Shown piece by piece: positions 24,350 through 32,922 of a DNA stretch of 36,054 nucleotides; position 1 is the stretch's first letter; the number at the start of each line of letters is the position of its first letter. The stretch is from NCBI GenBank assembly GCA_013151875.1, contig JAADHL010000360.1, forward strand, positions 1 to 36,054. Direction: 5' to 3'. A program made the translations under genes and the position numbers. Below the pieces are notes generated by a model, which was not told the origin of the DNA, did not search any database, and saw only the letters and a program-made list of their open reading frames with translations. Source of the stretch: Deltaproteobacteria bacterium (GTDB lineage Bacteria > Myxococcota_A > UBA9042 > DTJE01).

Positions 24350-24378
24350 ATGATACATTCACGTGGTGCGGCGGTCCA
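24350..24378 (-). promoter_or_regulatory. Candidate internal promoter for the spike module
   Basis: On the minus strand: TGGACC (24378-24373), 17-nt spacer, TATCAT (24355-24350). It lies in the 62-nt gap between the lipid-kinase stop and the spike ATG. Confidence 0.3.
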
Positions 24379-24381
24379 GTG

Positions 24382-25341
24382 TCAGCGGCTGGAGCCGAAA
24401 ACACCAAGGGGAGGATGAACGCCGGCGCCGCGGCCGGGCACCAACAACCTGAGAGACGCGGGTCGGATCCCGGCCCGCATCGGAATACCGCCCACCTGTT
24501 CACCATCCAGGTCTATCAACGCCTGATCCCGCGACTCGACCTCCACGGTACTGCCGCGTCCATGTCGTATCTTTGGGTGCGTCAGGTGATGCCCAGAGTA
24601 AATCCTGCGTGACAGACCGATGAATTCCAGCTTCGTCAGGTCGCCGAACACCACAACATCAAACAGGCCATCATCCAGGGATGACCCGGGAGCCACCATC
24701 ATGCCGCCGCCAAAAAACCGGCCGTTCGCTACCGCAACCAGATTGGCCGGCCCCTCATAAAACGGCCTATCGTCCACCTTCACCGACATTTCGACGTTAC
24801 GATATCCGAACATGCCGCGCAGGGACCCGATCAGGAACGAGGCCCTGCCGCCCAGCGCCTTGCTGGTGTTGTTCACGTAATGGTCCACCTGGCCCGAGAT
24901 GCCGCAACTTGCGATATTCATGAAGGCGCGACTGTCCCGCCCACCGGCCAGGTTCGCATATTCCAGGATCCCGGTGTCCACGGTCCTGGGCTCGCCGTGA
25001 CGCAGGTATCCGACAATGTCTTCGGCCTCTGTTTTCAGACCGAGCATCCTCCTGAAATCACCGCCCGTCCCGCTGGGCATGACAGCGATAACGGTTTTGC
25101 AGCCTGTCCCGGCCACCGGCTGGATCACCTCGTTCAGGGTCCCGTCGCCACCGCAGGCCACGACAAGCTCGTCGCCCCGCGCCACGGCCTCGCCCGAAAG
25201 CGTCGCCGCGTGCATGGGCCCCTCGGTGTACGCCACTTTCATGTCCGGGAAAGCGGCCCGCAACGTGGGTTCCATCGAACCGAATCGCCTTTTCGTGGCG
25301 CCGTTGGCGCTGTGCGGGTTCACGATGAAAAACGGATTCAT
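24382..25341 (-). CDS. Diacylglycerol-kinase-family lipid kinase (YegS/BmrU-like)
   Basis: The VVACGGDGTLNEV catalytic-domain motif is present, length is 319 aa, and the ATG overlaps the upstream stop (ATGA at 25338-25341). Confidence 0.8.
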   Translation of the reverse strand: MNPFFIVNPHSANGATKRRFGSMEPTLRAAFPDMKVAYTEGPMHAATLSGEAVARGDELVVACGGDGTLNEVIQPVAGTGCKTVIAVMPSGTGGDFRRMLGLKTEAEDIVGYLRHGEPRTVDTGILEYANLAGGRDSRAFMNIASCGISGQVDHYVNNTSKALGGRASFLIGSLRGMFGYRNVEMSVKVDDRPFYEGPANLVAVANGRFFGGGMMVAPGSSLDDGLFDVVVFGDLTKLEFIGLSRRIYSGHHLTHPKIRHGRGSTVEVESRDQALIDLDGEQVGGIPMRAGIRPASLRLLVPGRGAGVHPPLGVFGSSR

Positions 25342-26462
25342 CGCCTCCTCCGACGTTTCGGTTTCGAACGTTTCGGCTTCAGCCAGGCGGCAATAAGGCT
25401 GAACAGGTCCATCACCTTCGCCGGGCCGTCGCCACGGGAATCCAGGTGGCTGGCGCAGGTGGAGCTTGCCGACACAACGACGTCCGCGCCCGCGTCATCG
25501 GCCATCTGGATGACGGACGAGGCGGCAATACCCGACAGCACCGGCGATGTCCGGTCCCACCCTCCTCCGGCGCCGCAACAGGCCGCATCGCCCCGATTCA
25601 TCCTCATTTCGATCGGGGACAAGCCGTTGACATGTGTGATCACCTCGCGGGGCAGGTCGTACTGACCCATGTGTCGACCCAGGAAACACGAATCATGATA
25701 CGAAAGACGCAGGCCCAGGGGTTCGCGTTCGGTCCTCATCACCAGGGGCGCCACGATATCCAACGCCGAGGTCACCACGGGCGGCCTGGAGACCCCTGCC
25801 GCCGCGAAAAGGTTCTTCATGGTGTGTTCGCAGCATGGAGACAGGGTCACCACCATGCGATAACGGCGCAGGGCCGACGAAACCTCCTCTGCCCTTTCAA
25901 GGAAGGCGTCCCGATAGCCGCCGGCGTGAAGCGGATACCCACAGCACATGGCAGCCTCGTCGGAGGCGCCGATAAACTCGATGTTCAGATGCCTGAAAAC
26001 GGCGAGAACGTCCTTGACAAGCCCGGGCCGGTCCAACAGGGCGTGGCACCCCGGAAACAGGACCGCTCGCGCCTCCGGCACGAAATAGCGTTTTGGAATC
26101 ACCGCTGATTGGGCCTGGATCAGGTCCTGTGTCGGGACTTCGAAAATGTCCTGGCCGTAAGGGGCGATTCCTTTGTCCACCAGTTCCGCCCTCAGGTCGA
26201 ACAGGGATGTCTCGACATCCACGTCATGGGCGCAGGCTTCATGGCACGAGAGACAACCGGTGCACTGGTAGAACAGTTCGGCGACCTCCTCGGACGCGGG
26301 TATCCGTCCGTTTTCGATCAACCAGCCATGCAGCATTTTGGCGAATGGTGAATATGTCACGGAACCTGTGGATGCGACGACGGGGCACCTGTCCAGGCAC
26401 AGGTCCGGGCAGAATGCGCACAGGTCGAATCGCCCCTTCTTTCCGTGAATGCCGTCAGTCAT
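25338..26462 (-). CDS. (Fe-S)-binding protein, GlcF / heterodisulfide-reductase-B-like (2x 4Fe-4S motifs plus 2x CCG domains)
   Basis: CAFCPDLCLDRCP and CTGCLSCHEAC cluster motifs. CCG motifs are AAMCCGYPL and AACCGAGGG. The start is 1 nt after the stop of the FAD protein gene. Confidence 0.75.
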   Translation of the reverse strand: MTDGIHGKKGRFDLCAFCPDLCLDRCPVVASTGSVTYSPFAKMLHGWLIENGRIPASEEVAELFYQCTGCLSCHEACAHDVDVETSLFDLRAELVDKGIAPYGQDIFEVPTQDLIQAQSAVIPKRYFVPEARAVLFPGCHALLDRPGLVKDVLAVFRHLNIEFIGASDEAAMCCGYPLHAGGYRDAFLERAEEVSSALRRYRMVVTLSPCCEHTMKNLFAAAGVSRPPVVTSALDIVAPLVMRTEREPLGLRLSYHDSCFLGRHMGQYDLPREVITHVNGLSPIEMRMNRGDAACCGAGGGWDRTSPVLSGIAASSVIQMADDAGADVVVSASSTCASHLDSRGDGPAKVMDLFSLIAAWLKPKRSKPKRRRRR

Positions 26463-26463
26463 G

Positions 26464-29211
26464 TTACTCCGGATTCAAGGTCCCTTCCGGGTCCAGAATC
26501 TCCTTTACCCGATCCGCGGCGCCGGCCAGAGTGTCCGGGAGTTCCGGAGCGCTCAGTTCGGACAGGACTTCAGGCGGATACACGTGCCGATCCTCCCTGA
26601 GCAGCAATCTGAAGGTCGCCCCCTGGGGCGCCATGTCCGTAACGTGCGCCTCGGGACAGGAGTCGTCCTCCATTTCACCCAACGCGGCGCACAACGCCAT
26701 CACCCGGTCCATGGGCAGATGACGCTCTATGGACGGGGCCCGCTTCCTGACTGGGGTCTGCCTGTCCTCGGCCCTCACGGACTCACCCTCCATCCCGAGT
26801 GATTCCATCACCGAACGCACAACGGCCAGATTCCTGGAAACCGAGGCCCGCATGCCGCCGAACTGGAATACTGTTCGTATCCGCCTGCGACGGCCCAGTT
26901 TCGATGGCGCGCGGATGACCATCAGGACCTTCTCGGGACGCGCATGGCGCACCAGTATCGTCCTTATCGCCGAACACGTCATCACAGGGTCATCGGTGGC
27001 GAAAGCAACCGCCTCTCTTACCGTGGGAACCGGAAACACGCGCAGACAGACACCAGTGATTATGCCGTACCTTCCCCCTGCCCCCAGAAAACAGTGCATC
27101 AGGTCCGGTCCAGCGGATCGCCGCGGGCACGGACGAACTGCAAACGGGGTTCCGTCGGGCAGAACGGCCGACAGGCCCAGGCAATTATCCTGCACGGTAC
27201 CGTAACGCGGGCTGCCCTTGCTGGGCGAGGAACGGGCCAGGAATTCCCCAAAGCTCATCAGAAGCCTCGATTTGGGGACCAGGCCGATGGTGAATCCCTT
27301 TTCCCTCAGGAAGTTTTCGAGTTGAAGGACGGTCATGCCCGCCTGAAAGGTCACTGTTCCCGACACAGGATCCATGTCCAGGATTTCATCCATGCGCGAA
27401 AGGTCCACGGCCCGCACGCGTCTGTCGGTCTTGACCGGAGGCGTCGCGTTCTGGCAGATTATGCCTCTGCCCGCCTTGTCGGCCAGTCTGAGGATGTCGG
27501 ATATCTCCTCCGGCACCTCCGGGGCTATTGCCTGTTTGTCACCGGTCTTGTGGTCCCACGAAACGATCGAATCGAACTCGTCGTTCCCGTTCCCTGCGCC
27601 GGCATCTCGTTCTTCCTTGGGCTCGAACCGGACCGTGGGCGGGTACACCTTCTGGGGATTCATAATGCCCGAGGGATCCAGGGCCTGCTTGACGGCCCAG
27701 AACAGCCTCTCGCCCCCATGATATTCGTCGGGCGTGAATGCCCTCTTCATCAGACCGATGCCGTGATGGTGGCTGACCGTGGCCCCGGCATCCATGGCGG
27801 CGGAAAGCGCCTTGCGAACGACCTCGTCGTACAGGCCGACCAGCCTCGGACCGTTGCCGTTGTAGCCCGAAAACGTGAAATAGATGGCGCAACCCTCACG
27901 ATAGGCGTGTGAAAAGTGGGCCATCACGGAAACCCGGTCCAGGACGGCCCTGCGGACCTTCCGATAGATGGCGGGAACGTCCCTCCAGAGTCCCGCCACT
28001 TCCAGCGTCTCGGCAAAGGCGCCCTGCGCGAACACCTTGCTCAGTTTGAACGACACCGAATAACGATGCCTCATCCAGAACTCGCCTGGCCCGGGGCCAA
28101 GGGCCCGTCCCGTGGCCCTGACCGCCAGGTCCGTGGCCCTATCCATATTCTGCCGCGTCCTGATTCCCTCGCCCTCGAAACCCACGACCAGAAGACAGGA
28201 AAGCGGCGCCAGGTCCAAGGCCCTCTGAATCAGCCCAGGATGAGCCAGGAATTTTCTCAACAGCGGCCCGGTGAGGGCCGAAGAAAGACCGGAAAAGGAC
28301 AGGCCGGACGGGTCCACACCCAGGGTCCGCCCCAGCAATGCAGGCCCGGCGTTGTTGGCCGTCTTTTCGTGATGATCCGATTCCGAAGACATCGAAAAAT
28401 TGTTGATCAGGGTATCCAGGGGGTCGTACAGGCGCATCACCGCGGGTCTCAGCCCCTGCTGCATGATATTCCGCATGGCCTCCAGGCCGGAGGTTACGTC
28501 CATGAACCTGAAACCCCCGAACCTCCTGAAAGGCGGCATCGGATAGATGCGCAGACGCACCCTGGTCACGACGCCAAGCGTACCCTCGGAGCCCATGATC
28601 AGCTGGGCGAAATCCGGCTCGCCGAAATGATTCCGGGTCGTCTCCAGCTCGGCCACCGAACCATCGGGAAGGACCGCCTCGATGGAAAGGACCATGTCCT
28701 CGATCTTTCCATAGCGGGACGAGAACTGGCCCGCCGACCGCGTGGCCACCCAACCTCCCGTGGTCGAGCACATGATTGACGAGGGAAAGTGGCCAAGGGT
28801 ATATCCCCTTTCGTTCAGGGCGGTTTCGAGATGCTGGCCTATCATGCCGGCTTCGACGTCCACGGACATCGACAATTCATCGATTTCCCTGATGCGGTTC
28901 ATCCGTTTCAGGTCCAGCATTACCCCACCCTGAACCGGAAGGGTGCCGCCGCACACACCGGAACCACCACCAAACGGAATTACCGGAATGCCGGTCTTTG
29001 AACATATCGCCAGCACCTGTCCGACGGCCTCAACGGACCTGGGCCACACGATCGCGTCGGGCCTGTCCTCAATCCGTCCTCCGTAAAGCTTGAGGATATT
29101 GAGGCGCGGCCAGAGGTCGGCCCCATACACGCGCAGATCAGTCTCACGCGTGGAAACCCCGTCGATTCCCACCGCGGCCCTGATCGCGTTGATGACCCCT
29201 TCGCCGATCAT
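26464..29211 (-). CDS. FAD-linked oxidoreductase with two tandem FAD-binding (PCMH-type) modules: AGPS/GlcD-like N-half fused to a GlcE-like C-half
   Basis: N-half: PDAIVWPRSVEAV...IPVIPFGGGSGVCGG, HFSHAYREGCAIYFTF, VSHHHGIGLMKR, LDPSGIMNPQKV. C-half: a second FAD-domain-like stretch (EEISDILRLADKAGRG...VDLSRMDEILDMDPVSGTVTFQAGMTV...) ending in LDPEGTLNPE. Start taken at ATG 29211 (MIGEGVINAIRAAVG). The ORF is open up to 29343. Confidence 0.7.
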   Translation of the reverse strand: MIGEGVINAIRAAVGIDGVSTRETDLRVYGADLWPRLNILKLYGGRIEDRPDAIVWPRSVEAVGQVLAICSKTGIPVIPFGGGSGVCGGTLPVQGGVMLDLKRMNRIREIDELSMSVDVEAGMIGQHLETALNERGYTLGHFPSSIMCSTTGGWVATRSAGQFSSRYGKIEDMVLSIEAVLPDGSVAELETTRNHFGEPDFAQLIMGSEGTLGVVTRVRLRIYPMPPFRRFGGFRFMDVTSGLEAMRNIMQQGLRPAVMRLYDPLDTLINNFSMSSESDHHEKTANNAGPALLGRTLGVDPSGLSFSGLSSALTGPLLRKFLAHPGLIQRALDLAPLSCLLVVGFEGEGIRTRQNMDRATDLAVRATGRALGPGPGEFWMRHRYSVSFKLSKVFAQGAFAETLEVAGLWRDVPAIYRKVRRAVLDRVSVMAHFSHAYREGCAIYFTFSGYNGNGPRLVGLYDEVVRKALSAAMDAGATVSHHHGIGLMKRAFTPDEYHGGERLFWAVKQALDPSGIMNPQKVYPPTVRFEPKEERDAGAGNGNDEFDSIVSWDHKTGDKQAIAPEVPEEISDILRLADKAGRGIICQNATPPVKTDRRVRAVDLSRMDEILDMDPVSGTVTFQAGMTVLQLENFLREKGFTIGLVPKSRLLMSFGEFLARSSPSKGSPRYGTVQDNCLGLSAVLPDGTPFAVRPCPRRSAGPDLMHCFLGAGGRYGIITGVCLRVFPVPTVREAVAFATDDPVMTCSAIRTILVRHARPEKVLMVIRAPSKLGRRRRIRTVFQFGGMRASVSRNLAVVRSVMESLGMEGESVRAEDRQTPVRKRAPSIERHLPMDRVMALCAALGEMEDDSCPEAHVTDMAPQGATFRLLLREDRHVYPPEVLSELSAPELPDTLAGAADRVKEILDPEGTLNPE

Positions 29212-29411
29212 GTCGTCATCGTCATCCCAATCAAACCGTTTGCAGCATAGCACGCAGCACGGAACACGCTCAATGCCATCAGCGGATAACGATCGGGGAT
29301 GAGCCGTCAGCCCTTGATCGAAACGGTTGACGCAATGCGGCAAATGCGCAAAAGTATCGTCGCCGCGAGTGCGGGAATCAGCCCGCGCCGGAAATCAGGA
29401 GGATGCTGGCG

Positions 29412-31004
29412 ATGGAACGCTGGGAAATGATGAACAAGGCGATAAAGCCCCTGGACGACGTGCTGGGAGTCGGTCTGGACGTCCTGAAAAAGACCGGGTA
29501 CTACGACCCGTTCCGCGAGGGACTGTACGACATGATGCGCACCCTGATGAGAAAGAACTTCGAAAAGCAGAACGACCTGGAGGTCATCGGCGCGGAAAAC
29601 GTGCCCATGACCGGTGGCTGTCTTATTGCGATCAACCACCAGTCATGGCTCGATGTTCAGGTGGTTGCGGCTTCCGCCCCGCGGCGCATCCATTTCATAG
29701 CAAAGGCGATGTTCAAGGACTGGCCCTTTCTGCACCACATGATCGATTTGACCGACGGCCTTTACATACGGCGCGGCGGAGACGACAAGGGGCTGGAAGA
29801 CGTAGTGAACGCCCTTAAGGAAGGAAAGGCCGTCGCCATCTTCCCGGAAGGGACGATTCCCGGTGAAGAGGATGTCCCCAGGTGGGATGTGGAAAAGGAC
29901 ACCGGCCTCCTGAAGGGAAAGACCGGCGTGGTCAGGCTGGCCTTGGCCGCGGGCGTCCCGATCATCCCGTGCGGAGTCTCCGGCACGGGAAAGGCGTATC
30001 CTCCCGAGGCATATCCGAGGATGCAGCAATGGCCCCCAATACCTGGTCCAGGCCCTGTGACCGTCAGATTCGGCAAGCCGATCGTCTTCCCAAAGCCCAA
30101 AAGGACCCCATCCAGGGCCGAACTGGCCAAAAAGACCAAAAAGGTGATGCTGGCCATCTCGGCGCTGGTTGACCACAGCCGTGGGTTCGTGCCCTTGAAG
30201 CTTCCGCTGAACGGCAAGACCGAACCGACGTCTCTTCCAAGATACGCATATTCCCACTCGGTAAAGCCGGGCAAGGACGGCAAAAAGGCCCCTTACGGCG
30301 TACTGGTGATACATGGATTCACCTCGGACATCCACTGCGTGGACAGATTGGTGGCGCCGCTGGACAAGACGGGAATGCCCTACAGGTTTCCGGTGCTCAG
30401 GGGCCATGGGACCACCTACCAGGACATGGAAGGGACCACGAACCGGGACTGGTACGAAGACGCGGAAAACGCCCTGCTGGACCTCTATGGCGAGGTCGAA
30501 AAGATCATCGTCGTGGGCCATTCGATGGGTGGGCTGGTGGCTCTGGAACTGGCGGCCCGGCATCGTGACAAGGTGGGGGGGGTCGTGTCCCTTGCCGCTG
30601 CTTTGAAGTTCGCTGATCCGCTGGCGCCGTTGAGTCCTCTGCTGGCGCGTTTCGTCCGCTTCTGGCCGAGTCCCGAGGCCTACACCGACAAGTCGCTGGA
30701 GGCCGCCGAAAACCGCAACTACCCGAAGTTCTCTACAAAGGCTTTCTGTTCGCTGCTGGACTACTCGCACGACGTCTTACACATCCTGTCGTTCGTCAAG
30801 GCCCCAATCCTGATCCTGCATTCACGCAAGGACAAGGTGATTTCTCCCGGCAGCGCGAAGACCATCTATGAAAAGGTGTCGTCCAAAGACCGATCCCTGA
30901 TGTGGTTTGAAAAGAGCGGCCACGAGATGTTCCTTGACTGCGAAAGCGAGGCGGTGACGGGAGCGACGATGAACTTCATCCGCAGAATCGCGGACGCGGG
31001 CTGA
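29412..31004 (+). CDS. Fusion protein: PlsC-type (LPLAT/AGPAT) acyltransferase N-domain plus alpha/beta-hydrolase (esterase/lipase) C-domain
   Basis: Acyltransferase motifs NHQSWLD (HX4D) and IFPEGT. Hydrolase part: VLVIHGFTS, nucleophile elbow GHSMGG, and distal ...HSRKDKV... / GHEMF. ATG 29412 is 9 nt after AGGAGG, whereas ATG 29403 abuts the SD. Confidence 0.75.
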   Translation: MERWEMMNKAIKPLDDVLGVGLDVLKKTGYYDPFREGLYDMMRTLMRKNFEKQNDLEVIGAENVPMTGGCLIAINHQSWLDVQVVAASAPRRIHFIAKAMFKDWPFLHHMIDLTDGLYIRRGGDDKGLEDVVNALKEGKAVAIFPEGTIPGEEDVPRWDVEKDTGLLKGKTGVVRLALAAGVPIIPCGVSGTGKAYPPEAYPRMQQWPPIPGPGPVTVRFGKPIVFPKPKRTPSRAELAKKTKKVMLAISALVDHSRGFVPLKLPLNGKTEPTSLPRYAYSHSVKPGKDGKKAPYGVLVIHGFTSDIHCVDRLVAPLDKTGMPYRFPVLRGHGTTYQDMEGTTNRDWYEDAENALLDLYGEVEKIIVVGHSMGGLVALELAARHRDKVGGVVSLAAALKFADPLAPLSPLLARFVRFWPSPEAYTDKSLEAAENRNYPKFSTKAFCSLLDYSHDVLHILSFVKAPILILHSRKDKVISPGSAKTIYEKVSSKDRSLMWFEKSGHEMFLDCESEAVTGATMNFIRRIADAG

Positions 31005-31134
31005 TTTTCATCAATTGATGCGACCTTTTTCGCCGGGCGTTTTTGTAGACAAAGATCCATAACTATGGTAGGTAATGCCGTCTCTGGAACGCATTGAATT
31101 GTCTGTATTTTTCAGGATGGATGGAGGAGAAGCC

Positions 31135-32343
31135 ATGTCGATCAGGATGAAAATGATGATTGGGTCCCTCTCGCTGCTGGCCCTGGGCCTCGGCTGCGAG
31201 AAGGATACCCAGAGTTTCGTAAGCTGGGCCATCGGGCTGCAGATACAGGGCGAGGGCACCTTTGACGAGGTAACCAAGTCCTACAAGCAGATCCTTGGCG
31301 ACCCGAACGCGGCCGAACAGAAGGGGACCATAAACAACGGGTCCTTCGCGGGCGAGTCGTCGGGAACCCTCGAGGTCCACAAGACCGGCAAGTTCACCGA
31401 GCAGTGGACGGTCGTGGGCAAGACCTACTCGAACAATCCACTGCTTCCGGGCCGTGACACGTTCGGAGAGGTGCCTGTCTATCTGGTCGAACAGCAAAAA
31501 GTCGAGCACGACGTCAGCACCTATACCAAGGAAGTGACCAACGAAGAGTCGCAACCCAACGTGATGCACAGCTACCAGACCGAAAACACCGGTTTCGCCG
31601 ATAAGGCGACCAGCGCCTCCACCTACGGCCTGGCCGGCGACGAGTATCTCGTCAAGATGACCGACCTCGGCATGCTGTGGGACCCGAACTGGGAACTGTG
31701 GGAAATGTTCTGGAAGGGCGACGATATCAACAACAACACGGCCCTGGAAAACGGCGCAACGTGGGCGGGCCTCAAGGCCGGCGTGGAGTACCTGTGCCAG
31801 GCCAATCCCTCGGTGGGCGACGTGTGGGTGAACCCTGATGGGACAACAATCTATCGGGATATCGCCAACGAGTCCGTCCCGGTGGGCGCGGGCGCGCACA
31901 GCGCGGCCAAGCTGGAACTGCGCGAGGTGACCAACGTCAATACCATGGATATCGCCAACCGCTGCCTGGTAATCTATGACGACGCCGACAGCGCGTGGAC
32001 CCTGGCAGGCAACCCGGTGGAGGGCTTTGATCATGCCGACACGTTCCCGACCGTGCACCTCGACCCTGGCTGTGAAGGCAGCTTCGAGCACAGCAAGATC
32101 GGCCACGAATGGTGGTACAGGAACGTACTCGTAAAGTCAGAGACGACCAGGCAGTTCGTGACCGTGACGGACTACGGATGGGAATGGCTGGAAGCGGAAG
32201 GCGCCAACATCGTTCGCAAGACGTCCAAGGTCAAGACGGCGGCCGCGGCCAATGCCCGGGCCTTCGTGGAGTTCACCTATACGACCCGCACCGAAACCTA
32301 CGCCAACACCGGATGGTCCGAAGCACCGTTCGACGCCCTCTGA
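31135..32343 (+). CDS. Hypothetical lipoprotein, Trp/Thr/Asn/Glu-rich, no recognisable domain
   Basis: MSIRMKMMIGSLSLLALGLGCEKD (lipobox). GGAGGAG lies 5 nt upstream of ATG 31135. Third-position GC is high like its neighbours. Confidence 0.55.
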   Translation: MSIRMKMMIGSLSLLALGLGCEKDTQSFVSWAIGLQIQGEGTFDEVTKSYKQILGDPNAAEQKGTINNGSFAGESSGTLEVHKTGKFTEQWTVVGKTYSNNPLLPGRDTFGEVPVYLVEQQKVEHDVSTYTKEVTNEESQPNVMHSYQTENTGFADKATSASTYGLAGDEYLVKMTDLGMLWDPNWELWEMFWKGDDINNNTALENGATWAGLKAGVEYLCQANPSVGDVWVNPDGTTIYRDIANESVPVGAGAHSAAKLELREVTNVNTMDIANRCLVIYDDADSAWTLAGNPVEGFDHADTFPTVHLDPGCEGSFEHSKIGHEWWYRNVLVKSETTRQFVTVTDYGWEWLEAEGANIVRKTSKVKTAAAANARAFVEFTYTTRTETYANTGWSEAPFDAL

Positions 32344-32363
32344 TAACGCGCCCCGCCTCTCAA

Positions 32364-32915
32364 CTATCTGGTTACCGCCGGCAGTTTCGGCCTGAAATCA
32401 ACCCGCGCCCCAGGACCGATCCCGTGTCTGCGTGCGGCGTGGGCGTTCAGTTCGATCACGTATTGGGATGGGCGGCCCACGGACCTGGTGACGAGGGTCA
32501 GGGGCCGGGCATCCTCCACCACGCCGACCACCACCAGCCTGGAATTCACGAATACCATGTCGAGCGGCACATACGTGTTCTTCATGTAGAAGGTCTGGTC
32601 CTCTTCACCCGGAAATACGAACACCATGCCGCGATCCGGGGCCAGTTCGCGCCGATACATCAGTCCCTTGCCCCGTAACGCCGGGGTGTCCGCGACCTCC
32701 AGGTTGAACAGGGACTTCGCCCCTTTCAGGGAAATGAACGTGGCAACGACCGTTTTCAAAGATGTATCGGCCTTTCCCAGCGCTTCGCCAGATTCCCCGG
32801 CAACCGCTTTCGGAGGTTGAGGCCGACACGCCACGTTCAAGGCAATACCCACAAACACAGTAATTTCCAGTAAACGACGACCCGAGATCGATGCTCGCCC
32901 CCTTGCTACAGACAT
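32364..32915 (-). CDS. DUF192-domain protein (secreted)
   Basis: ...VADTPALRGKGLMYRRELAPDRGMVFVFP...FYMKNTYVPLDMVFV... is the DUF192 pattern. Start is ATG 32915, 7 nt after the upstream stop. The long N-terminal extension to 33092 is rejected. Confidence 0.7.
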   Translation of the reverse strand: MSVARGRASISGRRLLEITVFVGIALNVACRPQPPKAVAGESGEALGKADTSLKTVVATFISLKGAKSLFNLEVADTPALRGKGLMYRRELAPDRGMVFVFPGEEDQTFYMKNTYVPLDMVFVNSRLVVVGVVEDARPLTLVTRSVGRPSQYVIELNAHAARRHGIGPGARVDFRPKLPAVTR

Positions 32916-32922
32916 CACCACC

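Noticed and set aside
29212-29343. 44-codon N-terminal extension of the FAD oxidoreductase containing a Cys-rich CCVLCC string and a DDDDD run
   Set aside because: FAD-oxidase homology begins right after the internal MIGEG start. The extension would leave only about 70 nt for two divergent promoters, and a TTGAGC-18-TATGCT promoter-like element lies inside it. It cannot be fully excluded without a TSS or proteomic data.
26944-32106. Long ORFs antisense to the FAD oxidoreductase (26944-27912, 27916-28779 plus), the PlsC fusion (29643-30770 minus) and the orphan lipoprotein (31063-32106 minus)
   Set aside because: They have the same high-GC shadow-ORF character (Arg/His/Gly/Pro-rich, no start context). 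The opposite frames are clearly coding.
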